64,000 bases of DNA from Phoronis australis (GCA_002633005.1 NMRA01000314.1:344898-408897); one strand, 5' to 3'; positions 39,886 through 53,315 are shown, counted from the stretch's first letter. Numbers and translations are program-made. Notes: generated by a model from the letters alone, not told the origin.

Positions 39886-40785
39886 CTACAAGGATTTGTG
39901 GTAAAAATTTGTTAACATCAGACAAAAATAATCGACCAAATAGGGAACTTTTCATAATGGTGTTCTATAGAACAATGAGAACAGGAAAGTGACTTCTGAT
40001 TGATCCCAACTCAGATTTGATGGACAGACATTCAATTACTATCCAGGTATTGCCTTTTTTGTAAGACATCGGCACACCCAATGGCACAGCAGAGGAAATT
40101 GGCCGGCATTATAATGGTACGAAAGGTGATACAATGCTTTTTCAAACCAGTAGGTTGAAACTTGCCGTCAGCATTACATGGGATCTGTAGGTGGCACTAA
40201 ATGCTTGACCCAAGGCCCGATCGCCATCTGGCAGGTTTCTGAATTTCAATATGGCATGGCTATTTTGAAAGTCAGCTATTGTCAAAGACACTTAATACAC
40301 TGCTGAAAATTCTCAATCAGAAACTTACTAACAAGTGTTATTTATTGCTTAGTATACAAACTATATCAACAAGATGCTGAAAGTCTCTAATTAAGGTTCT
40401 TTATTTTTGAGAAATTCGACAACAAAAATAATGTGTGCCGCAATAGTGTATTCCAAAGTGCAGAGTTTTCCCATAGTTGGAGCTGGAAGCAATAATAACA
40501 TTAGAGAGGCTTAACTGTGCACAACTGCATGTTACAACTGGAGGTAAGGCATGTTGAAGTGATGACTACACAGATACGTGTCTATTGTCAATTTTTAAGA
40601 GCAATGTGTTAGAAATCAGCAGCTTGTGCAAAAGGAACACCTCCAGCTTCACTATATTGTCAATCACATTCTACCAACCAATCATGTCATACCTCCCAAG
40701 CATTCCTTTCTAACAATCAAACTGAAGGCACACCTCCAGTTTCACCGTACTGCCAATCACATTCCACCAACCAATTACGTCTTAC

Positions 40786-40901
40786 CTCCCAGGCATCCCT
40801 TTCAAACAATCTAAGCTGAAGGCACGCCTCCAATTTCATCTTCCTAACTGACCACATTTCTTCCAGTTGATTGCGACCATCATGTAACTGTTGTATCACA
40901 C
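40786..40901 (-). CDS. TRIO: Trio exon 4 (VIQQLHDGRNQLEEMWSVRKMKLEACLQLRLFERDAWE)
   Basis: ttttcag acceptor, GAG|gtaaga donor, 116 nt, phase 1/0; LQLRxFERDA motif typical of Trio. Confidence 0.93.
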
Positions 40902-41251
40902 CTGAAAACAATAAAATAGTTGGATATCAAAAAACAAGAGCGGAGAATAAATCAAGATTTTTTGTTTGAACCAAGAACTTGCAAATCGATCCAAAACTGA
41001 AGATGTCTGAAACAATCTAGTGTATTCAAGATATTCTAGTCAGTAGAAACATTGTGGCATTCAACCCGAGTGAACAACAGACGCGGGATGGCAAGCATGA
41101 GCCAAAACAAAGAAGTTGTGAAACTCAAAAAGAAAGTGATGACCTCCATTACTAGCAACTAATAAAACTCTGTAGCACCAATGACAACAGTTTGCAGTTT
41201 AGTATATTTACACAGAGAGGTTTTCCCAGGTCCTGAGAACCAACCACTTAC

Positions 41252-41310
41252 CTTCTATATGAGCATAATCACTGTTTGGACCAGCTGTCTCACCATCCAT
41301 ACCAAGGGCA
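41252..41310 (-). CDS. TRIO: Trio exon 3, short linker (S-ALGMDGETAGPNSDYAHIE-G)
   Basis: tttccag acceptor, G|gtaagt donor, 59 nt, phase 2/1; exactly bridges the phases of the flanking exons. Confidence 0.85.
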
Positions 41311-41950
41311 CTGGAAATGGAAAGGTCAAAGGTCAATGAAAGAGTATAGCTCAACCAAGAGCCACCCTTCCAGGTGACCAGTAACAGTAATGGGCAAAGA
41401 CACAAAAATTCGCCAACAACTTACAATACCTTGAAAGTTAGTGACTGGTAATTTCGGAATCAGACCTGTAATATTAATCAACAGTTGTTTTGGCCAATGA
41501 TTCGGAAATAGCTCTGAATTAAACCTGTAATCAAAAGCAGGTGTATATAAAAAGGAATGTGAAAGATTAACACAACTCTCAGGCAAACTTTGTGGACAGA
41601 ACTGTGAATGTAGAACTGTAACACAGGCAGACACCAGATGTCTGGGCTGTGTTCTGCAGATGCCAGAAAAATGGGACGAGCAAGTCTTCACCAGATACCG
41701 CCATACATTACTAGCCATCACACTAGCTTACATTAGTGACCATTGTATGTCTATGAAACACATCCCTGAAAGGAGTGCTCCTACTGTGGTCATGTCTCCT
41801 GCAGGGGGCACTGCTTGACCACCAAAGTATCCAAATAAACTAATAAGCTAACAACCCCCTCCCACCATTGGTGGTACAATTTTTTTAAGTCCACTGTCTA
41901 ATCGCGGAGGGGGGAGATTAGCAAAACCAACAGCGACTAAAGTCCAGATG

Positions 41951-42759
41951 ACTGAATTAATTTTCCATGAGACAATAGCGGAAGGCTTATAAGTATCACC
42001 CAAAAGTATGATGCTAGACTTTCAATAGTGCACTCTACTGAACCAAATAACTGAAGAAAATAATGTCAAGGACATTTAGGATTGACAACTTTGGACCAGA
42101 GAGTTTTGAGCAAATAATGAACTTCCTGGTTCAAAAAAAGGAACAGAATCTAAAACACCACAAAAAGTTTTCGGGTTAAAGTCCAGAGCTTAAATAACCG
42201 GGTCCCTGACAGACATCAAGGACTACCGTAGAGTTGGCACATGTTTCCAAAAAGACTATTTCAATATAAAAGCTCTACCTGTAGTTTCACATAGCAGGTT
42301 TTACAATAGTTACCCAACCCCAGTAAAAAAACAAACCAAGGATTCACGTGTACANACTGAATTAATTTTCCATGAGACAATATCGGAAGGCTTATAAGTA
42401 TCACCCAAAAGTATGATGCTAGACTTTCAATAGTGCACTCTACTGAACCAAATAACTGGAGAAAATAATGTCAAGGACATTTAGGATTGACAACTTTGGA
42501 CCAGAGAGTTTTGAGCAAATAATGAACTTCCTGGTTCAAAAAAAGGAACAGAATCTAAAACACCACAAAAAGTTTTCGGGTTAAAGTCCAGAGCTTAAAT
42601 AACCGGGTCCCTGACAGACATCAAGGACTACCGTAGAGTTGGCACATGTTTCCAAAAAGACTATTTCAATATAAAAGCTCTACCTGTAGTTTCACATAGC
42701 AGGTTTTACAATAGTTACCCAACCCCAGTAAAAAAACAAACCAAGGATTCACGTGTACA
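41951..42759. other. Gap-flanking 404-bp duplication
   Basis: 41951-42354 and 42356-42759 are nearly identical around the N at 42355. Confidence 0.88.
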
Positions 42760-45234
42760 GCATCTCCTTGATGCATCTAGACACAAACTGATCAGACAAC
42801 ACCATATGAGATCTATATGAACAGGACCGTCCCAGATAGAAATATCTGCTGTCCTAGAAGGAAGAAAACTCGTTGTTAAAAGTGGCCTCAAGTTTAAAAA
42901 TCGTGGTTTGATTCCAGGACTAATGTCGCAAAATTCAACAATCAAATTTGGCTGTGTAATGTATTACCGTCTCCTATTATGGAATGATGAGACTGATTAA
43001 AACTAAATATTTCTACCTGGCAATAGATACTTAATCTACAAAGTTAAGTTTTCCAATGAGCATTGGTATTTAACCAAAAATGAAGTTGTTGTTATATTAA
43101 GCATTAGAATTGTCAATGACTATATGTTCAAATATTAACAGAATTTAAATAATTACAAAAGTCGTAACGCGAAGGTCGCGATAGAATCTCAGGGGTTACA
43201 GGGACTATAAACTTGACTCGTTTTTATCAGCAATTTCAAAAGTTGATTTCCCATTCGGCTGTGGGGGCAATAAATGTGATGATTACGCCTCGTCTGGCAA
43301 TGGAACAACTTTTAAGTGAATGGTGAGAAGCCTTGAACGTCAACGCAGCATTCATATATGAAACAGCTTTCGACAGCCAAATTTACCATCAGCGTTATTA
43401 AATTTATACAGTACAGCACTTTTGCAACATGTCTGTTTAGTTAACCCAATACCTACAGAATTAGAAGGTTCAGGAAAAGCACAATCGAGTCGCATTATAA
43501 CGTACCTATCGTTTATAACGTTGGATCGTTCCAATATACTCATTCTACAATTCCTTTTTAATGAACACGGATACAGAACTTGTAACATATGCGTGTCTGT
43601 GGATGGTATAACCACCAAAGAACTATGTCGCAGTCGAAGCGCTGTTCAGCATTGATCGTAATGTGGTGGTTTTAGAAAATTCATGAAAATTCTCGTGGAC
43701 TATAGAGGAAATTTCGAAGCAAAAACTTTCGGCAAATTTTCAACAATTTTAGTGTCATTTTTCGTCCAACTTCCTTCCGGATTTTCGCCATGACTTCCAA
43801 CAAAAATCGTTAACTCTTGAAATGAACGTTAATTTTCGTCCAATTTTCATTAGGATTTTCGCTTTACAATAAAAATGTATGTGCTTGAACACGGTCACCT
43901 GTCGCTCTCACTTTGAAATGGCAAAAAAAGACGAAACTTTACAGTTCACACATGTGCTCACGACAGCCATGAGAACGGATTACTCAGAATATTGTGGCAC
44001 TGCGCAAATTAGACCGTTGCAGATTAATAAATTCACGAAATTTGTTACTTTCTCATGAATTTTACTGACATCCCACGCTAATTTCTGTGAATTTACTTTG
44101 AAATTATTTGTGTTAATTAACTTCTTAACTGATATAAAATTCAAAACAAAGGAAACCGCTTTACCACGTAGTAATACCAAAAGTTACTTCAAACTCAGCT
44201 GATCTGATCGAAGCGACCTCTGCTAAAACTTCACCGATATTTACGGAGAGAGCACATACAGGTGTCAAAATTTTATGAAGATTTTGAAACTTCTATTAAT
44301 TTAAATCTATCGGAAGAGCGAAAAAGTGAAAATAGACTCGTTGTTTCGTTAGGCAACTCTTGTCTTAACACCATCAGCTAATGTGTATTAATGCGAAATC
44401 GCACGTTACTGGCCAAACAAAGACATGTGGTTTACTCAGGAATTTCGACCGACTCGAAAATGAGGAGAGGATTTTCGGGTCAGTCTATCACGACCAAAAC
44501 CCGTTATGTAGAATAGTTGAAATCTCAGAACACGAGATTGAAATTTTAATGTCAGCATTCTGTAACTGACACTGCCAGTTCACTAATTAAAGTAAAACAC
44601 GAATTTTGATTTAAAACTTGCGATTCAAGAAAAGACTTAAGCTAACTAATGCTCCGTTCCGTGCAACACCTATGCGCCACCTATTATGGGAACAGTGCCT
44701 GAAGGGGCTTGACAACTGGAAATGTCAAGAAGGAATCAAAGTATAAAATTAGAGGAAAAATACTCAGTGTCCACCAGAGAAGTCCTGCTATGATACCTCC
44801 AGTGAGTCACCCATCTCAATGTAGAGAATGGACTTTGATTCCACAACAAAGACTGTAACACCATATCATAGTCTCCTTCAAGATGCCTGCACTAGGACAG
44901 TTGAGGCATAGTTGGAATGTGTGTCTACTGAGGTCATACAAGGAATACTCTTGACCATGAGTGACCAGAGAGAGTGAAGGACAGAAGGCTGGTCTCCAAT
45001 CATTTAACTTTAATTCTTGCCTTAAACATTATAATCATTTAAGTAAATAAACAAGTAATGTGTAAAATCTCCAGTATACTCACAATTATTTCAGACAGAT
45101 TTCCTTGAAAAATGACTTGACAGTCGTAATACAGGAAGAAAATCTAACTCATCAAGAGAATGATTTAACAAAAATTGTCCATCAGGTATAATCAAAGATA
45201 AGATGACAACAAGTCATACCAAACTGGACCGAAG

Positions 45235-45302
45235 ACACAGGTCAAAGTTCACACAAAAACACAGGTCAAAGTTCACACAAAAACACAGGTCAAAGTTCAC
45301 AC
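45235..45302. repeat. 24-bp tandem repeat, about 3 copies
   Basis: acacaggtcaaagttcacacaaaa units. Confidence 0.9.
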
Positions 45303-45977
45303 TTAGATTGCTGCCACAGATCTACTGTTACCATAATAAAATTAACAAGCTGAGGCCTGTGGTGGGAAAGTTTATTTTTCTGCAGTAAGTCACATGTTGA
45401 GGATTCCAGAAACATGCAACTGATTAACAAACCATTGATGGTACAGACAAGCAGACCTGGAGACACCACTACCTAATCTTCCTAAATTGTCCCATAACAG
45501 TAAACTTTTGGTTGGCAGCTCAGTAATACAAGACACCCTGTAATGCTGCCATGGTCCAACAGAACATTTACATAACCGTCAGAACTGACCATCACTAAAG
45601 ATTAGAAAGGTTCCATTTACAACTCCTCAGTCCAGCAAAAAACAGAAAGTTCCATAACAATTTGTCATCATTAAAATGAACGCATAATGAAAAATCTACG
45701 CTTTAGACACTGACTAATGCTACCTTACTTACAAAGGAAACTTATATCTGCACATGAAGCCACCTCCAAACTTTGCAGAAGCAAATATTCAAAGACAACA
45801 TGCATGATCGATAGAAGTCATTTTTGAAAGTGAAGGTGAAATACTTACTCTGCCTCACACCAGAACTGGTTTCAACACAAAATTATGGATTTTACATTCC
45901 ACAAAGTGCAAAAGCAAAACAGATGTAAAATGAAACCGTACATACGTAAACTCGAAATGCACAGTCTCGTTACTTAC

Positions 45978-46060
45978 GGACACGAGACAGGACGCGACTT
46001 AGTGTTCTTCTTGTCAGAGGAGAGCGGTGTGCGCCAACGTTTAATCCAATTGCGCCACAT
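45978..46060 (-). CDS. Candidate internal alternative first coding exon (MWRNWIKRWRTPLSSDKKNTKSRPVSC-P)
   Basis: ATG at 46060, open frame of 83 nt to CC|gtaagt; phase 2 fits the acceptor at 41310; locally CpG-rich. Confidence 0.55.
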
Positions 46061-48601
46061 CTCGTTAACGGCGACGGAAAACGTGTTCAGCCGAAAATAA
46101 GAATGGAACAATGTGTGATTACAAAAGACGCTCCATATACACTTGAGCTTCACAGTATACTGAACAGAGGCTGGCCAGTCGTTATCACACAGATCTCACC
46201 AACAGCAAGAGAGGGCCATAAATAAACACCATCTTGTAATCTAAACAGAATGCTTGTCATAATCCATAAACCTGGAGTTGAAACAAAGCAGCAACAGTTT
46301 TAATCAGAGAATGATTATGTTTACCAGTCTATCCACAGGACGTGTCTGTTGTAGAGCCTACAAGTATCATCTCTAGGCAGGGACGAGTCTGTCGCAGAGC
46401 CTACAAGTATCATCTCTAGACAGGGTACTTCCAAGAACAAAACAAGGTGGGATAATCCCACCAGCTAAAAACTCACAAATCAAAAGAAGATGAAACTTGT
46501 GTCGCTGCACACCTTGAACAATGCCAACGACAGGTGAGATGACCAGCCGAACCAAGACAAAGGCCGAACCTCTCACGTATACGGCATCATCAACTCTGAC
46601 CACGTCGCAATCGCTACCACGTGATTCTAGGAATAAACTGTCCCCTCTAACCACCACAGCCACTGTATTTTACTGCAGATTCCCAATTAAAACCAAATAT
46701 GCGAGATGACCAGTACAAACAAGATATTGCAGGACCGTATGTCTCTAACAAACTCTTTGCAAGCAACACAACTACAACCAACGAGATGATGGAGGATAAA
46801 CCTTAACAGAGTCCCCAGTACAAAACATCCAACTCAAGTCAGCACCGTTCAATGACTATTCACCATACTGTTCACTACAGGTATCTGCACTTTACTGCAC
46901 TCAGCGCATGTCAATCTAACAGAGCATCACAAATCCAACCACTGACCACAAGAACGATCCAACAGCAGCACAGACGAAATCACCATCAGATGGAGCCAAC
47001 GAGAGACAACACACTCAGACAGCAATAGTTGGCATAGTCTACCAGCTGGCATGCTGGGAAATATGTAAATTGGCTGGGAGATGTTGTGTTATGGGACAGA
47101 CAGACAGTTAGCAGCCAGGAGTTAATTATGAACCTGCTGGCAGAGAAGGAAGCCATCCATAGAACCAACCAGTAACCTACAGTCAGGGGATGACAATGTG
47201 CCCCTTGCCAGAGAGGGTAATTATCCCTACAATAGTGATGGGATGTCTGTCTTAATAAAAACAGTTATCTCAAGCAGAGGAATTAATGTTGAATAACATG
47301 CAACATAAGTAACTGACCTATTTTTGTGGCATAAACAAAGTCCAGAGAAAATAATTTCTGACAGGCTAATACTCTCAAACTAGATGTTTATGAAGATGAA
47401 GACAGATCAACTGAGTTTCACACAAATGCATCTTAGTGCAACTCATTGTAAATTGTAGGTAGGGGAGGGTATCTGGACAATTTCTGTCACACAAGTACAC
47501 AGCTTTGTTGAAAGAATTCAAACAGTAGTAGAACAGAGATCAGAAAGCTGAGAAAGTTAAGGGACTTGCAAACAAAGGAACAAATCAGGTTAAGCCAAGC
47601 ATTCACTAGAATGTGGTTATATTTCTTAACAATGTATTTCAACACATGAAAAGTAACACTACCACAGCAGTATAGAAATAGACAGACACACAATGTGCAA
47701 ATAAGTTCTGTTAAGGTATCTCTAGATATCTCTGTAGGAATTAGTAAGCAAATTATGGCTTAACCTCACAGCTCAAATCACCTTGGTACTGGCCTAAAGA
47801 GGTCAATAACATTCCTTTGACAGATTTCGAAACAATGAGACTAAAACTTCTTCAATAAAATTGGTCCTTTGGTTTTGATTTTGATGGGACTTGAGCATTT
47901 CTCTTCAACAACACCTAACTTGCCACGTAAAGTTTTTTGCAACAAATATTGTATGAATAATAGTAATAATCATGATAATAATAATAATAATAATATCTCA
48001 GGTTTGGAAAAGATTTGAAAATGATTTTCCAAGTATGCAATCGAAAGGCTCAAAACATTGCCAACTTGAAATCGCACCACATTAAAAAATTTGCGTGTGA
48101 CCTGCTCATGATGTTAGCCGTTATCCTAAGACAATTGTCTACTAGTCTACAGTCTTTCTGTTTCACACAAGTGACTATCGATCAAGTTGCCTGCACAGGG
48201 GACCTTAACTCAATTGGCCCTGGCCAGTAGACATTGATAGGATGGTGCACACATTGCTAGTGCCAGAACTGCTCCGAAAAATAAAAAGCAAAATAGCAGG
48301 TCATATAATATGAAAATAAAGACAGTGTACTACTTGGTGCCCAGATGACACATGGGAAACTGAAATTGTGTATGATTTAATATTTCCATACTTTCAGGTC
48401 AGATTCAGTTAACTATGACAAGAAACAGGCACTGCATGAAAGCCAACTCAAGCTCACTAAGTTCTACCATAACTTATATTTGCATTGCGGTCAGAGCCTC
48501 ACTCTGAAGGTCACACCATGTGGATTGATAGGCCTGCTTTAGATCATCAAAAAGCAGTCATTTAAAAAGAATAAACAAAGGTTTCGACTCTGAAAGGTAT
48601 A

Positions 48602-49838
48602 CTGTAAACTCGCGGGTTAACGCCCTGGGCGCTTAAACTGGAAGACCCTGAGACAGGGGGTGGGCGATTACCCAAGCAGTGGATGTTTACGTCCAAATTT
48701 TAGCCGAGCTGGGCAAGCTCGCAGGGTGCTCATTCGAGCACGGAACTTGTAAGTTTGGTCAAACAGCCGGACCCGACAACCACAGTTTCTCACGGCTCAA
48801 ACCAAAACAGGATGTCAAATTTGAAAGGGTGATTTCACGAGAAAACTCTGATGAAAAATGTCATACCACAGAGATTTATGAACCTCGAATGATGGCAGTC
48901 CACTTACCATATCAGCAATCACTGTTTCAGATCAGTAAATGGGACTACATTTCGTTTCCAAAACCATTGTAAAGTGTTGTTCGTATGACTGTGTTAAGTT
49001 GGAACCCTTCTGGTCCCATCTCGTCATTGTTAATGTCGTCTGCGTGTTAAAACCGATAAACTTTCGATTCACTGTTTACTTTATCTGGCACTGGATTAAA
49101 AAACCGACGATTTATTCCTGGCCGACTCGGACCGTTTGCAATTCCAACTAGAGGGGGGGTGTGAATAATTGTTCAATTCAAATCTGAGTCAACCCAGGAG
49201 AAAATCTAGCAAAATCAAGTGCTGCATCTGAAAATACATGGTAATGTTTCGAAGTTTTACCTGTTTTCGCTTAACACTCAAAAAACTTGATCTACTGAAC
49301 TCACAAAAGCATCGGAAATGGTGTCTAATACCAAAAAATTTAAACTAAGTAATTCGATAACTTGTCACCTAGACAAACCTACGTCGATGACGACCAGCAC
49401 ATCATAGGCCTAATCTCGTAGTAGACTTGCGTCACTTCTATAAAAATCTACAGAGTAGGCCAACATTAACTTAACAAAAGATCAGTTGATAAAAAAGTTA
49501 AAAAAAGGTGTTTGCAGCACTTGAGTTATTCCCCAAACGCCAGCTGAAAAACATACTTTTCGAGACAATTGTACGCAGGTGTAAGCACGCCGTGTTTCCG
49601 CAAACACGGAAGTCTAAGCCTGAGGCGAAGCTGTGAACAAAAGCACGAGTTCAAGCGCAAGTTCCGTAAGCGGTAAGTTGGGGATGGGTAATTACCCGAG
49701 AGGTGGGCGCTTTCGTGGAAATTAGCACAAAGTAGGGGATGGGCGATTACCCAAGTGATGGGCGCTTAAACTGAAAATTGACTAAAAGTCGGGGATGGGC
49801 GATTACCTGGGTATGGGAGTTAACCCGCGAGTTTACGG
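48602..49838. mobile_element. 1.24-kb non-autonomous Tc1/mariner-pogo-type DNA transposon
   Basis: TA|CTGTAAACTCGCGGGTTAAC ... GTTAACCCGCGAGTTTACGG|TA termini with TA target-site duplication; subterminal TGGGCGATTACC repeats at both ends; no transposase ORF. Confidence 0.88.
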
Positions 49839-50506
49839 TAATATCAACTGCTGCTAATTCAGGTCACTGAAAACCTCACGGGTAGAGGAACAAAAGTTAG
49901 GTAGCATTTTAACTTCTTTCATTTTGGTAGACACATTTTCCAGTCCAAAACTGACGGATATTGTAGATTTTAAACTTCTCACTAAGTACTACACTTTTAC
50001 AAACTCTAGTTTGTGTTTTACTAATAGTACATTGGTACCAGTATCGACTTGGCAGTACCGGTATTGGTAACATAATGGTTTTCAATTATTAGTGCACAGA
50101 AGGTGGTAACAGAGGGTGTCTAATGTCGCCTCTTGCAGAACTGACTTAGAACCAGATAATGTTCCCACAAGGTATTGGGCCACACAGATGGCACTTTGAG
50201 CCGTGTCTAATGTCTCTCGCAAAACTGACTCAGTACCAGAGATAATGTTCCAACAAGGTATTGGGCCACACAGACGGCCCTTTGAGCCATGTCTAAAGTC
50301 ACCTCTCGTAGAACTGACTCAGTACCAGAAAATGTTCCAACAAGGTATTGGGTCACACAGATGGCACTTTGAGCCATATCTACAGTCACCTCTCACAGAA
50401 CAGACTACCTCAACAGTTCCAATCGATGTTGCCCCTCACTAATGGCACTCCGAGCCGTATCCAACGTTACCTCTCACAGTCCTTACAACGTACATCACAG
50501 TCTTAC

Positions 50507-50676
50507 CTCAACTGTTCCAATAGATGTTGGCCTTCACTGATGGTACTATGGGCCGCGTCTAAGGTGGCCTCTCGCTGCTCGTGGAACTGATTCAGTATCT
50601 CCTCAGCGGCCTCTACAGTGTCAGCAATATCTTCACTACGTAGTTCTTGCTTCAGCTCCTCAAACCAAGCAGACAG
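50507..50676 (-). CDS. TRIO: Trio exon 2, spectrin repeat (LSAWFEELKQELRSED...EGQHLLEQL)
   Basis: ctccag acceptor, AG|gtaaga donor, 170 nt, phase 0/2. Confidence 0.92.
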
Positions 50677-51692
50677 CTGGAGGAAGCAACCACACAGTGA
50701 ACGGTGGGTAAAATAACTCAACTGCTGCAAAATTTCACCAGTTTGGGACAGTCTCAAAAATTCTGAACACCGAAATTTTAGCAGAAATTTAATTTTCTTT
50801 ATTCTGACGATTGGGTGTTGGATGATTTAGGTGTTCAAAAATCAGACACTGCGTTTGTTTCAACACAGTGCGAAAACAGACTTTGCAGTTCATCGAAAAT
50901 AACAGACCACGCAATGTTTTCACGTGTCCTCTTGCTTTTGGGACCGTTTATGTTGCCTACTTCTAAAATTGCACAAAATAATCGAGTTTTCACTGTCTCA
51001 ACACGGAAAATGTTTACCCTAAATCCTCTGCAGTGGAACAATAATGCAAAGATCCAGCTTGTCACAAGACGATATGACCTACCTAGTTCTTATGCGTGTG
51101 TATAGATGATGACTAAACCTACCCAGCTCTGTGGCGTGTGAATGGATGGTGATTAGACTTACCAAGCTCTGTGGCGTGTGTATAGATCCTAATATGCGCT
51201 TAACCAGGTTTGGTTATGCCTATCCGCTTGTAAAAACTACAAAGTCTAGGATGTAACGTCAACCAAATTGACATTCGTACCTTTGCAATATGTGTATTGA
51301 GCCTAGATTGACATTGCGCCTTACATTACAATATCATAAATGTATCAGTCTACATCCTTGATCAGTGTATTTGACGCCTAGAGACTTATTCAGGATGTTG
51401 GGTCATTGTACAGGAAAGAAGGACACAAAGAGTTTTGGGGCATGATTGCCGTTATCTCCCAAACCACGTTCAGGGTTGTGTTAATATCACCTAATAATAG
51501 TATAATAGTTCAGATTCATTTCCTGAATCACACACGTTAGCAGAGGTGAGTGATATTGATTGCTTTACTCTGCAGTATTCTAATGGAAAGTACAGATACA
51601 TAGAACTATAGCCTTGATACGTGTACATAGAGAACCCTCAGACTGACCTGTAACTAGTTATCCATGGCAACCTGCATATTAGACACCCTTAC

Positions 51693-51884
51693 CTCTTTGG
51701 TGTGTATGTAGAAACCTACAGACATGTCCAGGATGTTGCGTCGTCGTTGTATCCTTTCCAGAAAGCTGTGCATGCGTGCCTCTAGCTCGTGTGACTCGTG
51801 CTGTATCTCGCGAGGATCACATTCGCCTGTCTGTGAAAGTTCATCGGCTGCTGCCAACAGCTTGTCCGCATTTGTAATGGTGTT
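51693..51884 (-). CDS. TRIO: Trio/Kalirin exon 1 of 21 in window, spectrin repeat (NTITNADKLLAAADELSQTGECDPREI...SVGFYIHTKE)
   Basis: ttgtag acceptor, GAG|gtaagg donor, 192 nt, phase 0/0; peptide closely resembles the Trio segment NTYTNADKLL..QTGECDP (recalled, not searched). Confidence 0.93.
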
Positions 51885-53180
51885 CTACAAAACAATGGAT
51901 AGTTTTCACTGTTGGGCAAAGGAACACATCCCATCTCTGCCAAAGACCTTCTAATTAGAGTTCCTTAATGCAAACCGTCTGAGGTTGGGCATCTTAAGTC
52001 TCTAGGCTTCCTGGCGTAGTTGAAGACTTCCTGGTCATCTGTTTTGAGACATGATAAAAATGCAACAGTGTTGCAATAATAGAGAGGTCAAGTGATATAA
52101 ATTTCTTTGAGGGTTTTGTTTACAAGTTCTATCGAAGCACTACCAATGCCGGTCTCCTCCTTCCGCCACCAGTGGGAACAGTGACATGTATGAAGGGGAC
52201 TTAACACTGTGGTCAATAACACACCTTGTCTTCATGTGTCACTGCTGGATTATGAGGGTTAGCGATACTGCGCTCTTGATTACATGGATAAAGTTTGCAG
52301 TTTGTTCTTACACTTAGCATGAAGAACAGAACCAATTTGCATGGAATGTACCTAAATTAGCTTTTGAACTCTTTTCAACATTCTATATTTTAGCTTCTGA
52401 ACTCTTTTCAACATTCTATATTTTAAAGTAGTAACTAAATACACCTATATCCTTAAACACAGCACTCAATGACAGATGATTGCATTTAATGAACACAATT
52501 CAGGGACTTAATTCTCAATAGAGGTGAGTGTTTCTAATGTTTAAAGTTCATTGAACTCAAACAGGAGACAACTTACTTAACTCTCATTTTACAAACAATA
52601 AAAAATTGAAACAAAAAATTAAAATGCCAATTAAAGTTCAATTTCACCGACAATACCAAATCAGGAATTAGTTTTTGTTTATTCACAAATTGTTATTTAA
52701 TGATACCGTAACTTGAAAACTAACTGATATTAACACATTCAAAGTTCCTAATTTGTGTACCTTTAAAAAACACTTACAGAAAAATCCATCTCCCCAATTT
52801 CGAGCAAAAATAAGTGCCCTTTAGTACTATTTTTGATTTTTCAAGGGCTTCTTAACATTAAAACTTTGTATAATGGTAGCTGTTGTATAAAACTTGCACA
52901 AGGAAATGCCTTTAATTGAGTACTGCATGTGTTGTGTTGAAAAAATAATAAAATAAAATTTGACTTGCCAGCCAAATCATGTTCTAAATTAGAGACCCTT
53001 TTACAATACAAAATAAAGCATCTCACCCAAGTATCTAACTTTTCAGATGGAACTATACTTGACTTACTAAAATTATTTCATCAATTTCCCAGACAATTTG
53101 CTAAGTCAACATATGAGCATAGATGTAGTCATTTTTATATTTGTTTTGTTAATTGTTACCATGTAATAGTCTGAAGTGAC

Positions 53181-53315
53181 AAATAAGCCCAGTTGAGGAT
53201 GGGCACCTACTGTTATTACTATTCAAAATAAGCCCAATTGAGGATGGGCACCTACTGTTATTACTATTCAAAATAAGCCCAATTGAGGATGGGCACCTAC
53301 TGTTATTACTATTCA
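53181..53315. repeat. 45-bp tandem repeat, 3 copies
   Basis: aaataagcccaattgaggatgggcacctactgttattactattca units. Confidence 0.92.

Noticed and set aside
43170-44580. CpG-rich block as a possible gene or promoter
   Set aside because: Only short ORFs without domains; probably an interspersed repeat, but I could not define its termini
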